A model generated the notes under the pieces. The model ran no database searches. It was given only the letters and a program-made list of their open reading frames with translations, and was not told the DNA's origin. A program made the translations under genes and the position numbers. From a virus: a stretch of 64,000 nucleotides of DNA. Positions 48,617 to 58,454 of the stretch are shown here, piece after piece (position 1 is the stretch's first letter; every line of letters begins with the position of its first letter). Where the stretch lies: IMG/VR virus record IMGVR_UViG_3300013132_000025, positions 1 to 64,000 of that record; one strand, given 5' to 3'.

Positions 48617-49216
48617 TTATCTGTAACCCATAAAGCGTGGGTAACGGACGCGCATTGGGATTGGGATAAGGCGACCCTGCTTGCTGTCCACAAGACCGCG
48701 AGCCTTCCCAAGTTGCAGGTAAGAACGCTTGAATACACGAAGAGCATTTTTAAACTGTTCTTCTTCTGTGGTATAGATTTCTTTCCATCTGTTTTGATAT
48801 GTAGTTCTGTCAAGAAGGGTAATATTTCCCGATCCTGTTGGAAGAGCAACTTCTACATAAGAACGAATAAGGTGATGAATAATCTCTAATGTCATTGCTT
48901 GACCCATCAAGGTGTGATGATCTTTCCATGGGAAGTCCGTCAATGTAAAGGTGGGGCTTGAGGGGTTTGGAAAGGTATAGTTAATTCTTTCTAGAGCAAA
49001 AGGGAAAAGCAAAGATGATTTTTCTTGACTAAAATTCTTGCGAGAAATATCATAAAGATATGGACCTCCGGGAACAGAATCAAATCCATCTTCTACTTTT
49101 AACCATGCTAAATCTAAAGAAAATTGTTGTTCTGGAGTTAACTCCCCACTAGGAATAGTTGGATAAGTTGACTGCAAACTAGCGCCCGTTGAGGCAGTTG
49201 GTATGGTTAATGCCAT
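48617..49216 (-). CDS. head-tail adaptor/neck protein
   Basis: 199 aa; synteny between head and tail modules. Confidence 0.55.
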   Translation of the reverse strand: MALTIPTASTGASLQSTYPTIPSGELTPEQQFSLDLAWLKVEDGFDSVPGGPYLYDISRKNFSQEKSSLLFPFALERINYTFPNPSSPTFTLTDFPWKDHHTLMGQAMTLEIIHHLIRSYVEVALPTGSGNITLLDRTTYQNRWKEIYTTEEEQFKNALRVFKRSYLQLGKARGLVDSKQGRLIPIPMRVRYPRFMGYR

Positions 49217-49257
49217 ATCTTTTCCTTTCCATAAATTAAGTTAAAGAAAAAAGACAT

Positions 49258-49286
49258 AAAAAAGGCCCAGCCGTTAGGACTGGACC
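49258..49286 (-). terminator. intrinsic terminator
   Basis: Minus strand GGTCCAGTC-CTAAC-GGCTGGGCC-TTTTTT. Confidence 0.75.
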
Positions 49287-49313
49287 CCTTTTATTTACTT
49301 TATTTAATTTTTA

Positions 49314-49844
49314 TTAAATCTGGTCTGATCTAATAATAATTGAAGCATTACTTACAGTACCAGAAACTGCTGCAACTTCTACTCTAAGATATCCACCCTT
49401 AGCCCAAGTGGTGTTTGTTACACCATTGCTTGAGTCTGCAAAAGAACCAGTTCCGATAGTGGGACGGTCAGCAGTTACAGTTCCAAAGATAGAAGTACCT
49501 GCGGCATTTGGTCCTTGAGCGGCAGTACAGTATTTAACATCAAATTGTACAGTTCCGCCGTTTGCACCAACAGCAGCGTCTACGCCCTTGATTACAAGAT
49601 CGCGGGGAGAGCGTACTACCAATCCTGAAGCAGTACCTGAAGTTGACAGGTTGCCTTGGACGGCTAAATTAAAGTAATTATCAGATGCAGTAATATAACG
49701 ACCTTCACCGTATGTTCTTAAACAACGCAAGGTTTTCTGATTGTCTAGATTAACAGTAGCAATATTATCATACTTCAATTTTTGAGTTTCATCAACTCTA
49801 AAAGGCCTTCTTGATAAACCTCTAAGTCTTACATAGGTAGCCAT
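49314..49844 (-). CDS. virion (head decoration-like) protein
   Basis: Paralogue of 49854..50405 (TSGTASGLV, GTVTA.RPTIGT, YLR.EVA). Confidence 0.6.
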   Translation of the reverse strand: MATYVRLRGLSRRPFRVDETQKLKYDNIATVNLDNQKTLRCLRTYGEGRYITASDNYFNLAVQGNLSTSGTASGLVVRSPRDLVIKGVDAAVGANGGTVQFDVKYCTAAQGPNAAGTSIFGTVTADRPTIGTGSFADSSNGVTNTTWAKGGYLRVEVAAVSGTVSNASIIIRSDQI

Positions 49845-49853
49845 GATAGCCTC

Positions 49854-50405
49854 CTAGTATCCGAAGAGTTGTACAGTTAGATTCTCGCCAGCGACTGAAG
49901 AACCAACTTGAGCAACTTCTATTCTTAGATAATCTCCAGCGGCGAAGTCTTGATTTACGGGGACTCCTGCTGTACCATTAAGAGTAGAAGCAAACTGACT
50001 TGTGCCGATTGTGGGGCGACGAGCAGTTACGGTTCCATATACGGAGGCACCGGCTGCTGTTGGTGCAGAGGTTCCGGCTACCTTTTTAACATCAACAATA
50101 AGGGTTGCGCCTGTGGGGGCAACTCCAACTTGAGCAACTACGCCGGTTAATTTACCTGCGCGTGGGGCACGCCATACTAATCCCGAGGCGGTTCCTGAAG
50201 TTGCTACAGTACCAGAGACTTGAAGCACTGGATAAAGATCTGGAAGAACAACAAATCTTGCTCTTTCATTCTGTAGCGCTCTACGAGTCTGACCATTATC
50301 TAAGTCAAGAGTAGCAACGGCGCTACCTGATACGGTTGTGGTTGAGGCTGAACCGGCACCAAATGGTACACGGGCAATACCTTTTACATTTACTTCTTGT
50401 GCCAT
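49854..50405 (-). CDS. virion (head decoration-like) protein
   Basis: 183 aa, strong SD, paralogue of 49314..49844. Confidence 0.6.
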   Translation of the reverse strand: MAQEVNVKGIARVPFGAGSASTTTVSGSAVATLDLDNGQTRRALQNERARFVVLPDLYPVLQVSGTVATSGTASGLVWRAPRAGKLTGVVAQVGVAPTGATLIVDVKKVAGTSAPTAAGASVYGTVTARRPTIGTSQFASTLNGTAGVPVNQDFAAGDYLRIEVAQVGSSVAGENLTVQLFGY

Positions 50406-50505
50406 TCTGGGTCACTCCTTTTCTGAATGTACAAAGGGGACGCAGACCTTATAGGCCCATTCTATCCTTGCTTATAGGGGAAGGTAAATCGTCTATTATT
50501 TAATG

Positions 50506-51201
50506 CTAAGACAATTCGCCTTTTACAGTCTCAATTTGAGCAGGCACATTGAACTTTTCTGCTGCTTGTTTCATTAAATTAAGGCGATAATCAACATCGT
50601 GGTGTTGGCCGTGACCATGAAACGCCATAATTACTGGTTCTGGCGAATCATTTACTTGCCACGTTGAATTCCACCTATCGTCAGCAATTTGAAACATACT
50701 CATCCATTTAAATTCTCTAAGGAGACCATTAACAACATCTTGTTCATACCACGGAGGCCCAGAGAACCTGCGATTCCAAACTTCGTGAATAAATTCTTTT
50801 GTTCTATCCGTACATCTCAAAAGAATAACACCCATATTAAAATGCGCCCCCAATTGTGGGTGCCCGGGAACTCCCGGATGAAGAACAAGGCCGAGGTCTT
50901 TATTTTCTTCTAGGCCGCTTCTGAGGTCTGTAGAAAAGTCTACAATAACACAATCATGATCAACCCAGAAGATATATTCATATTTTTCTTCACCTAAAAG
51001 ATCCATCATAAGTTTAATTCTATCCCACGCCGGATTATAGTTTGGATCATCAGTCTCAATAACAACATCACGATTTGCCCAATAATCCATGCCCCACCTA
51101 TCGGCATAGGCTTGGTGAATAGGCTCTAGCCAATCTAGGGCCTTCACCATCTCTGCCTTCCAGTTAATACAAGATTGAAGAATTACAGCATTATTAGCCA
51201 T
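50506..51201 (-). CDS. glycosyltransferase, GT34/MNN10-like
   Basis: W.RI..M, YIFWVDHD (DxD), FN.GV.L.R, WYEQ. Confidence 0.75.
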   Translation of the reverse strand: MANNAVILQSCINWKAEMVKALDWLEPIHQAYADRWGMDYWANRDVVIETDDPNYNPAWDRIKLMMDLLGEEKYEYIFWVDHDCVIVDFSTDLRSGLEENKDLGLVLHPGVPGHPQLGAHFNMGVILLRCTDRTKEFIHEVWNRRFSGPPWYEQDVVNGLLREFKWMSMFQIADDRWNSTWQVNDSPEPVIMAFHGHGQHHDVDYRLNLMKQAAEKFNVPAQIETVKGELS

Positions 51202-52450
51202 TTTTCTTCGCCTTTCTTTCCTGACGACGCCTCTGCGCTCTGTTTGGGTTCGCAGGACTTTTAGAAATGGGCGTTGAGGTCTTTTCCTGCTCTTTCTTAA
51301 ATACTTCTAATTTATCCTCAATTACCTTTAAGGTAGGAACCCAATATTTATTTGTAATCAAATCAGCATCATATTGGAGCGCTCCCTCGCGTGCTGTTTC
51401 GCGTAACTTCATGCGATCTTCGTTGGCCATATCATATGCCTGCTCCAACTTATCAAGAATAGCATCAACTGAGGGAATATATTGCGTTGCTGCTAGTTGA
51501 GTGATATAAGGAATGGCCTCTGTGCGCCTATCTAGGCTCCATCCTGCCAAGACTAATTCCTCCATAGCGGTCCAACCACCAGCGATTACGGGAGTACCGC
51601 AAGCCTGAGCCTCTATGATTGGAATTCCAAATCCTTCACCCATCGTAGCCGACATTAGAACATCGCTTGCATTATAAACATCAACAAGGAATTCTGGTGG
51701 ATAACCTGCAATATATTGGAATTGCTCAGGAACCACTACGGCATCTTGCAATCCTAGCATTTGAACAAGATCCCAAAGATTATACCCACCAACTTCAGGA
51801 GTCATGAGAGTATGCAAGTATAACTTTGAATCAGGATGCTTCTTGTAAAACTCTGCAAAAGCCTGCAACTGTTGTGGCCACGCCTTGCGGGGTGGAATAC
51901 CCTTATTCATTGCTACAATAGATGCAATAAAACAATCTTGCGGAAGGCCGATTTGTTTGCGAGCAATCTCTCGCATTTTTGGTTTAAAGAGGTTTGTATC
52001 TACCCCATGAGGTACATATTCTACCTCTAAACCGCGATCCTTTGCTTCACGAACCCCAGACTCAGAGTACGCAATAGCAACCATTGCACGCTTTAGACGA
52101 TCATAAACGCCCTCTGGCATGGGTTCGTGGTCTACAGGATACCACGGGACAAATGGGATACCTTCCATATGTGGACCATCAAGGTTCATAACCCATGTGT
52201 CATACAGAGTAAGAAGAATGTCTGCTTTCCACGCTTTTGCATAAAAGCCCATAATATCTTGCCCGTGAGGATCAAATGCTCCAGAAAAGACGGGGACTCC
52301 CTGCCAATCAAGTCGGCCACCTTGGAGTCCCCAAAAAGCAGTTATAGACATTTCGTGCCCGAGTTCCCTGATCCTAGGAACAAACAGGGCAGTCTGATTT
52401 GAATAGCCTGACGGCCCCCAAGGGGCATTACTAAACCAATTAATTCTCAT
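51194..52450 (-). CDS. glycosyltransferase, GT4 (GT-B)
   Basis: VPHGVD, YNASDV, GEGFGIPIIEAQACGTPVI. Confidence 0.9.
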   Translation of the reverse strand: MRINWFSNAPWGPSGYSNQTALFVPRIRELGHEMSITAFWGLQGGRLDWQGVPVFSGAFDPHGQDIMGFYAKAWKADILLTLYDTWVMNLDGPHMEGIPFVPWYPVDHEPMPEGVYDRLKRAMVAIAYSESGVREAKDRGLEVEYVPHGVDTNLFKPKMREIARKQIGLPQDCFIASIVAMNKGIPPRKAWPQQLQAFAEFYKKHPDSKLYLHTLMTPEVGGYNLWDLVQMLGLQDAVVVPEQFQYIAGYPPEFLVDVYNASDVLMSATMGEGFGIPIIEAQACGTPVIAGGWTAMEELVLAGWSLDRRTEAIPYITQLAATQYIPSVDAILDKLEQAYDMANEDRMKLRETAREGALQYDADLITNKYWVPTLKVIEDKLEVFKKEQEKTSTPISKSPANPNRAQRRRQERKAKKNG

Positions 52451-52472
52451 GTTTCTCCTGACTTAAACTAAA

Positions 52473-52760
52473 TTAAATAACTAGTTCTGCAACAGTGTAT
52501 GGTGCTGAGTTTGTCGCAGTCTTAACATACATAGGTCCGGTGTATCCCCAGATTTCCACAGTAGTCGTTCCTCCCGCAACATACAATGCGCTTCCACCAG
52601 CGACTTGTGCTGATGAAAAACCATAATATAGACCGGCTGTGCCCGTTTGGATATAAAGGTGTTGTCTATCCTTCTCAGCATCAACAGCAAGACTTGTTGC
52701 TGTTCCGGCAGTTCCTAATGTAACTGTACCAGATCTAGTTCTATTAATGTGTGAACTCAT
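52473..52760 (-). CDS. small virion protein
   Basis: 95 aa, beta-rich; similar in style to the C-terminus of 5870..6652. Confidence 0.55.
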   Translation of the reverse strand: MSSHINRTRSGTVTLGTAGTATSLAVDAEKDRQHLYIQTGTAGLYYGFSSAQVAGGSALYVAGGTTTVEIWGYTGPMYVKTATNSAPYTVAELVI

Positions 52761-52761
52761 A

Positions 52762-53208
52762 TTAAATTCCCAGTTCGGCGCTTACTTCTTCAGAATTTCC
52801 TTCAATTCGAAGTTCTGAGAGAGTCTTGCCATCTCCGGCGTCGGGGCGGCTTCCCGTAACTCTCTCTGACCCAGCAAATCCAGCAGTGTCAATCGGAACG
52901 CGAATAGCATCCTGCTCAATTTCCATCTCAACGGGGAGTTTCTTTTCCTCGCCCTTGCTGTCAACATGAAAAATTTCCCGTTGCTTTGCCTGCTTAACTG
53001 GCTCATGCCACTTAGCAGTAATTCTTTCTTGATACTGTGGCTTTGTGATTTCCTCAACTAATAGCCCAACTGAAGGAGCAAACTTTGCGCTTTGAAACTG
53101 CTCCTCTGAAATCTCAGCAACATCTCGGTCTCCACGGGGACCAAGATTAACATCTGCAATTCTTACTGCATTTGGTGTGAGATTTCTAATGTATCTTACC
53201 TTTGCCAT
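52762..53208 (-). CDS. hypothetical protein downstream of major capsid
   Basis: 148 aa, SD AAGGAG. Confidence 0.6.
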   Translation of the reverse strand: MAKVRYIRNLTPNAVRIADVNLGPRGDRDVAEISEEQFQSAKFAPSVGLLVEEITKPQYQERITAKWHEPVKQAKQREIFHVDSKGEEKKLPVEMEIEQDAIRVPIDTAGFAGSERVTGSRPDAGDGKTLSELRIEGNSEEVSAELGI

Positions 53209-53239
53209 ATTTTCTTTCTCCTTAGCCTTACTTTAAAGT

Positions 53240-53274
53240 AAAATAGGGGGGATGATAAACTACCATCCCCCCTA
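53240..53274 (-). terminator. terminator after major capsid gene
   Basis: Stem TAGGGGGGATG/CATCCCCCCTA followed by TTTT. Confidence 0.75.
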
Positions 53275-53316
53275 CTGTATCAGACTTCTAAAATATTATC
53301 AAGCAATTTACTGAGA

Positions 53317-54303
53317 TTAAGCCTTGACAATCTTGGCAAGACCTCTGGGGTTGAGGATAAGCATTCCGATCAACTCATCCATTACCCAACCACGGTAGAA
53401 CTGCTCAACTTGGTTGTTCTCTTCTACGTCAAGTGAGTACATGACGGGCATGACACCCAAGAAATTGGGGTCTGGGACTAGGTATACATGACCGGGTGAA
53501 ATCATGATTGACTTCTGAATGGTGAACTCACCAAATTCAGTAATCATTCCACCACCGAATACGGTGTCCTTGAACTGCCAACCAGTTACGTTAATGTCCC
53601 ATGAGTAGAGGTCACGAACGTCAGCGGGATTCATAAGAATACGCTTGGTTTCGATTTGACGCTGCTCTAGGTTAGCAACTAGGTCGTAGAAGTCAACAAC
53701 TTCAAGAGGATTACCTGCACCAATTGACTTGGTGGTTGAACCAGTTCCGCCTGCACCAGCATAGCGGTTTGGTTCCTTGGCAGCCCAGTCAGTTACGGCG
53801 GTGTCAAGTAGAGTCAGGAGGCGTGAGTCCTCTTGACGCTGAATGGCTTGACGACACTCATCTTGGGCGTACTCAATAGCGTTTACACGCAAGTAGTATA
53901 GATCTTCCTTGCGAACGCGGGGGAACGCGGCGACCCTGAAGAGTCGTGGGTAGACCTGCTTACCTTCGAAGGGAGTGATCTTGATTTCTGAGTCAGTCTG
54001 GTTAAGAACGTAAGCCTGTCCAAAGTCATCAAGAACGTCGTAAGGCAAGAGTGGACCCTTTTCCAAGGTGTCTTCTACAAGCACGTTACGGACGATACCT
54101 TCGTAACGAAGACGAATCTGAATTGGACCAATCATGGCAACACCCAGACGCTTCATAGCGTTGGACTTGTCTGAAAGAATGGTCTGTAGTTTAGCCTTCT
54201 TTTGTTCATTTGTTAGTTTTGGCATACCAGCAAGTTTTTGAACGTAGTCATTGCTGTTAATTGCCTGTCTTGCTTCATCCATTATCATACTCTCCTTAGA
54301 CAC
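53317..54303 (-). CDS. major capsid protein, Bxz1/cluster C-like
   Basis: MIGPIQ..LRY.GI.RNVL.EDTL, ITPFEGK, KEDLYYLR, FLGV.PVMYSLDVEE.N, GWVMDEL.GM.ILNPRG; recognised from memory as cluster C mycobacteriophage capsid motifs. Confidence 0.85.
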   Translation of the reverse strand: MSKESMIMDEARQAINSNDYVQKLAGMPKLTNEQKKAKLQTILSDKSNAMKRLGVAMIGPIQIRLRYEGIVRNVLVEDTLEKGPLLPYDVLDDFGQAYVLNQTDSEIKITPFEGKQVYPRLFRVAAFPRVRKEDLYYLRVNAIEYAQDECRQAIQRQEDSRLLTLLDTAVTDWAAKEPNRYAGAGGTGSTTKSIGAGNPLEVVDFYDLVANLEQRQIETKRILMNPADVRDLYSWDINVTGWQFKDTVFGGGMITEFGEFTIQKSIMISPGHVYLVPDPNFLGVMPVMYSLDVEENNQVEQFYRGWVMDELIGMLILNPRGLAKIVKA

Positions 54304-54844
54304 TCAACAGTTCGATTACGATCTTGCTAGCACTTACATAGTCAATAAGTCTTGCAACGGCTACGCCAGAATCTACGGCTGAGTCGTTGAGCAGACCGTT
54401 AGCGTCAGCATATAGTTTACGATTTGCATCAGTGTCCTCGTCTGCTGAGGTAATGTTTGAGTTGAAAGCGGGTGAAAGAACTTCAAAGACGGCTGCTGGC
54501 CCACGCCATACACCGACTTCAGTAAAGTCACCAACTTCATCAAAATCACCACCGATGAAGTTACCAAATAACCCGAATGGGGAAAGGGACGTTCCACCGA
54601 CACTTACACACACTACTTCGCCAGCGGGGGCGAGAGCGGCGACCATACCGGGGAAGATAGGTCCGTTTCCAGCAGTTCCGGGAGCAGTTCCTGAACCTTT
54701 TGCAAAGGTTCCGGTGCTAGTACCAGCAGTACCGTAAGTGTTTGCAGATAGGACGGCGGCGTAAGGATACGCTTGAGTCTGAGCATACAAAGCACGGAGG
54801 GTACGTTGCTGATTTGCTGCTGAAATATTTTGAATTCGAAGCAT
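54296..54844 (-). CDS. capsid decoration/minor capsid protein
   Basis: 182 aa between scaffold and capsid; IFPGMV, FGLF, GVW. Confidence 0.65.
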   Translation of the reverse strand: MLRIQNISAANQQRTLRALYAQTQAYPYAAVLSANTYGTAGTSTGTFAKGSGTAPGTAGNGPIFPGMVAALAPAGEVVCVSVGGTSLSPFGLFGNFIGGDFDEVGDFTEVGVWRGPAAVFEVLSPAFNSNITSADEDTDANRKLYADANGLLNDSAVDSGVAVARLIDYVSASKIVIELLSV

Positions 54845-54914
54845 TTAAATCTTCCTCCTAAAAACCTTTTGAATTAAAATTCTCACAAATTGAGAACTGG
54901 TTACTACTTAAAAA

Positions 54915-57389
54915 TTAGTTAAAGATCGCGTCGTCTGGAACGACACCAGCGTTTGAAGATGCTGAAGATTCCTTAACACCCTTGAAGGATGGGAAACCAG
55001 CCAACTTCTTAGCAGGAGCCTCTTTCTTTCCAAGTCCAGCCTCTTTAATCTTTACTAAAGTCTCGTACTTGGCCTCAACAATTGAGGGTTCTTCGTTTTC
55101 TAACTCAGCGACTCTTGCATACTTCATTTCCGCCTCGTTAAGACCTAATTCAACTTCTAGGTCTGCGAGTTTAATTGCAGAAAGCACCGCAGATTCGCGG
55201 CCCTTACCCGGCAATTGTGCGTGATGTTCTGAAATACCCTTAGTACCACCCTCGTCTGAGAACTGAGGCTTTTCAACCTCTTTCTTGACTGGAGCATATT
55301 GCTCAGGCATGGTCTCTGGGTTGTGATTCTTAATATCTTTTGTATTACCCTCGTCGGCGTACTGTGGTTGTTCAACTTCCTTCTTTACACTCTGGTACTG
55401 TTCAGCCTGTGTTCCGGGCTGGTGTTCAGCAATGTCAGAAGACTCGTTGTTTTTGTCACCCTTAAATTGTGGGGTGCTTTCTCCACCGTTCGGTTGAGTA
55501 AGTCCGGGTAATTCACCAAGAGCAACCTTGGTAGCACTTTCTACTGGCTTAGTCTGGTCAGAAATTACCTTTTCGCCCTTTGGACGATCTGACGCAGGCT
55601 TACCGTCGTCTACCAGCGGAGTTGCACTTGAAGAAGCGCTTGATTCCTTTTCAGGAACAGTCCAACCAAGTTCGGCTAGATATTCATCGCCGGGGACTTC
55701 TTCAACATCTGCCGCAAGTGTTATATTTGCTTGTTTAGTATTCATCGTACTATTAACACTCCGTATTTCATTCTTTGATAGTGTTTTTTTCAATCTATCA
55801 ATAAGGCTTTTGGTATCAGACCTGAACTCTTCTTTGTTTTGTTCTTTCTTACGATCAAACGCCTTAGCCTTTGATAAATCTGGATCTGCTAATGGTGCGG
55901 GAGGTTCCTGATATCCACACTTTTCACATCTACCAGACTCATCATCTAAACCACATTCCCCGGCAAGCCCGTTTGGACAAGGTTTATCACCTTTCAATGT
56001 ATCAATCTTGCTAGGTGCAGTAATAGACTCCCCATATTTTTCTGTATTCATACTCGAACTTCTTTCACATGGAGATTTATCAAAATTATCCTCTAAACTT
56101 TGTGTTTCGGTATTCGCTGCTTTTAAGTTATCAGTTCCATTAACGGCAGTTTCTATACCATCTTCGTAGGCTTTCATATATTTATGCATATTTGCATTAT
56201 AAGGCTCTACTCCTAAATATTCTGCCATCTTAACAGAATCAAATTCAGGCACTTCTACGGGGCTATAGTGATAAGATTCTCCAGCATGGAAAGCCCTTTT
56301 AATCAAATCATTTTCTACATATCCAACCTTAGCGATCTTTGCTTGGATACCAACTTGATTTAACCACTCTTTATCTTGTCCGGTAATATTACTAGTGGGA
56401 AGCAATGAGGTCGCCTCCACTTCGGTTTGACCACCATCGTCCCATTGTACCTTGTAAGTTTTAAAAGAATCCCCATATTCGTCAGAATTAAGTTCTTCAA
56501 CATATTTAACAACGCCTTCTTTGCCAGATTCGGCTTCTTTAACTTTTTCTCCAACAGAAAAATCTGTCGTTTCCACCGCAGCGTGCTTAACCACAGGTTC
56601 TGTGAATAAAGCGGTCACATCTGCGGGATCAAATACAGCCGAAATCTCAAAAAAGTTGACATTATAGCAATCTTCATAGGCTAACTTGTCAATGCTTCCA
56701 GTTTTAAACGTTGTTCCTTTTTTCTTTATGTGGCTACAATAATCTTCTACCGTAGCCGCCTTGTGATTACAGATAGAACAAAGAGTATGTTCAACATTAC
56801 ATCCCATAGAAACTGCGTTTACTTTTCCATCAAACAGGGCTTTGGCTAGTTTGGGAAAAGATTTTCCATCAATTTCAAGTAATAATTCAATCCATGTTTC
56901 TGGTTTGTGATTATTTGGGGCACTTGACCAATATGAATCCGAGGCCAGTCTTTGAGGATTTTCAATATGAAGCATTGCATCAACAACAACACCTCTTGCT
57001 CTTTGCGGATCTGAATTATTGTGATCAATAAAAACAGGCCTTCCCACAAAGGTTCTGAACCCGTAATCGCCTTTAGACTTAATTTCAGCACTATCGCCAG
57101 TAAAGGTTAACTTACTTATTCCGCCAGTCTCTGAAGTCTTGGCTAGTTTTGAAACAACTTCTCTGAAATCTGTCTCATCCATTCCAGCAAGTTCGTTGAC
57201 AGGCCAACCATCAAAATTCTTATTGACCCGAGAAGAAATAGCACGAACTTTTACATAAATATACCCATCTCCAGTGCGGTAAGTGTTTTTTGGAATGTGA
57301 TCAAAAGAAGATAGTTTTGCACCACCTTCAATTTTCTCATCGGCACTTTTTACTTCAATTACTTCACAATTGGTATATTTAGTTAGCAT
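54915..57389 (-). CDS. prohead protease/scaffold protein
   Basis: RAISSRVNKN.D.W, F.G.PVF.DH.N, VSMGC....CSIC...YC.H, FFEISAV..PAD; acidic scaffold-like C-terminus. Confidence 0.75.
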   Translation of the reverse strand: MLTKYTNCEVIEVKSADEKIEGGAKLSSFDHIPKNTYRTGDGYIYVKVRAISSRVNKNFDGWPVNELAGMDETDFREVVSKLAKTSETGGISKLTFTGDSAEIKSKGDYGFRTFVGRPVFIDHNNSDPQRARGVVVDAMLHIENPQRLASDSYWSSAPNNHKPETWIELLLEIDGKSFPKLAKALFDGKVNAVSMGCNVEHTLCSICNHKAATVEDYCSHIKKKGTTFKTGSIDKLAYEDCYNVNFFEISAVFDPADVTALFTEPVVKHAAVETTDFSVGEKVKEAESGKEGVVKYVEELNSDEYGDSFKTYKVQWDDGGQTEVEATSLLPTSNITGQDKEWLNQVGIQAKIAKVGYVENDLIKRAFHAGESYHYSPVEVPEFDSVKMAEYLGVEPYNANMHKYMKAYEDGIETAVNGTDNLKAANTETQSLEDNFDKSPCERSSSMNTEKYGESITAPSKIDTLKGDKPCPNGLAGECGLDDESGRCEKCGYQEPPAPLADPDLSKAKAFDRKKEQNKEEFRSDTKSLIDRLKKTLSKNEIRSVNSTMNTKQANITLAADVEEVPGDEYLAELGWTVPEKESSASSSATPLVDDGKPASDRPKGEKVISDQTKPVESATKVALGELPGLTQPNGGESTPQFKGDKNNESSDIAEHQPGTQAEQYQSVKKEVEQPQYADEGNTKDIKNHNPETMPEQYAPVKKEVEKPQFSDEGGTKGISEHHAQLPGKGRESAVLSAIKLADLEVELGLNEAEMKYARVAELENEEPSIVEAKYETLVKIKEAGLGKKEAPAKKLAGFPSFKGVKESSASSNAGVVPDDAIFN

Positions 57390-57397
57390 TAATTACC

Positions 57398-57655
57398 TCA
57401 AATCGCCGTTCCTGATTGAACTTCAATCTTTTCGTTTTGATAACGATAAAGTGCTGTTCCGTTTGAATGTTCAAATAACTGAGAAAAAGTATCCTGAGTT
57501 TGATAAGAAAGTTGTTTAATTAAAGCAATTGCAGCACGCTCTTGCTTTTCGGGAAGATGCATTCCTTCTATTACAGAACACATTTTGCCTCTCAAACTAT
57601 TCATTTCTCTTATTGCGAATTCAGACGCAGGAACCCAGTCGTTTCTTTGAATCAT
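57398..57655 (-). CDS. hypothetical protein
   Basis: 85 aa, coupled. Confidence 0.55.
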   Translation of the reverse strand: MIQRNDWVPASEFAIREMNSLRGKMCSVIEGMHLPEKQERAAIALIKQLSYQTQDTFSQLFEHSNGTALYRYQNEKIEVQSGTAI

Positions 57656-57656
57656 A

Positions 57657-58250
57657 TTACTTTTTTAGTTTTGCAACGAAACTGTCTTTGGTTTCTGATA
57701 CGCTTGCAATCTTGTAACCTTCAAAAGAGGCGTCAAATGAAATAAGTTCTTCAACTTCAGCAGTAGCAGAGGCTAGAGTTAAGCCATCTTCTTTTTCTCT
57801 TTCAAGATCCATTTCTTCACCCTCATCGCCCTCTTCGTCCTCTGGGCCAAAATCGGGGCGAACCTCGTCTTCATTTCCTTCAGATTCTTTGATTTGAGCA
57901 ACAAGGTCTTCAACCTTGTCTAGAGCGTCTTGAAGTTGTCCCATAAGTCTTTCTTGCTTACCCTCTTCTGCTTCATACGCAGTGTCAGGCTCGTCATCTG
58001 CTCCGGGAGAAAAAATTTCATCCGGTGCCGTTTCGTCCATTCCCATTTCATCCATTGCCATTTCTTTAGCAGGGATTTCATCTTGAACATTCTGATTTTG
58101 GTATGCTTCTCTTTGAATAAAAGCAATCCAACCAGTGTTTGATTCTTTTAGACCGCGCACCTCATATTCTGGGTAGGCTTGGCGGAAAGTGTTTAGCGCT
58201 TCATCATATGAGGCTTCTCCCTCAATGCGAGCAATTGCGGTTTTATACAT
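57657..58250 (-). CDS. acidic hypothetical protein (head assembly region)
   Basis: 197 aa, very acidic, SD AAGGAG. Confidence 0.6.
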   Translation of the reverse strand: MYKTAIARIEGEASYDEALNTFRQAYPEYEVRGLKESNTGWIAFIQREAYQNQNVQDEIPAKEMAMDEMGMDETAPDEIFSPGADDEPDTAYEAEEGKQERLMGQLQDALDKVEDLVAQIKESEGNEDEVRPDFGPEDEEGDEGEEMDLEREKEDGLTLASATAEVEELISFDASFEGYKIASVSETKDSFVAKLKK

Positions 58251-58307
58251 AAAAACTCCTTGTTCTATCTGTAACCATTTATTATTTAATAGGAAAGATT
58301 TAAAACC

Positions 58308-58445
58308 CTAGGGTTTCTTCGGCTTTTCCTTTTTTAATTCTTGATTTTCTTCTTCTAACTTTTGAATATAACTTTCTAAATTTAGAATAGATAATTGTAA
58401 CTGTCCAATCAAAACTGCTATTTTTTCCAGACTTAGGTGTTCCAT
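58308..58445 (-). CDS. 45-aa coiled-coil protein (not in ORF track)
   Basis: MEHLSLEKIAVLIGQLQLSILNLESYIQKLEEENQELKKEKPKKP*. Confidence 0.55.
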   Translation of the reverse strand: MEHLSLEKIAVLIGQLQLSILNLESYIQKLEEENQELKKEKPKKP

Positions 58446-58454
58446 TTACTAACC

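Noticed and set aside
48607-48849. N-terminal extension of ORF 47932..48849
   Set aside because: Overlaps the neighbouring neck gene in another frame; ATG 48606 fits the gene spacing
58303-58316. Perfect palindrome AAACCCTAGGGTTT
   Set aside because: Single occurrence over a stop codon with no loop; no function can be supported
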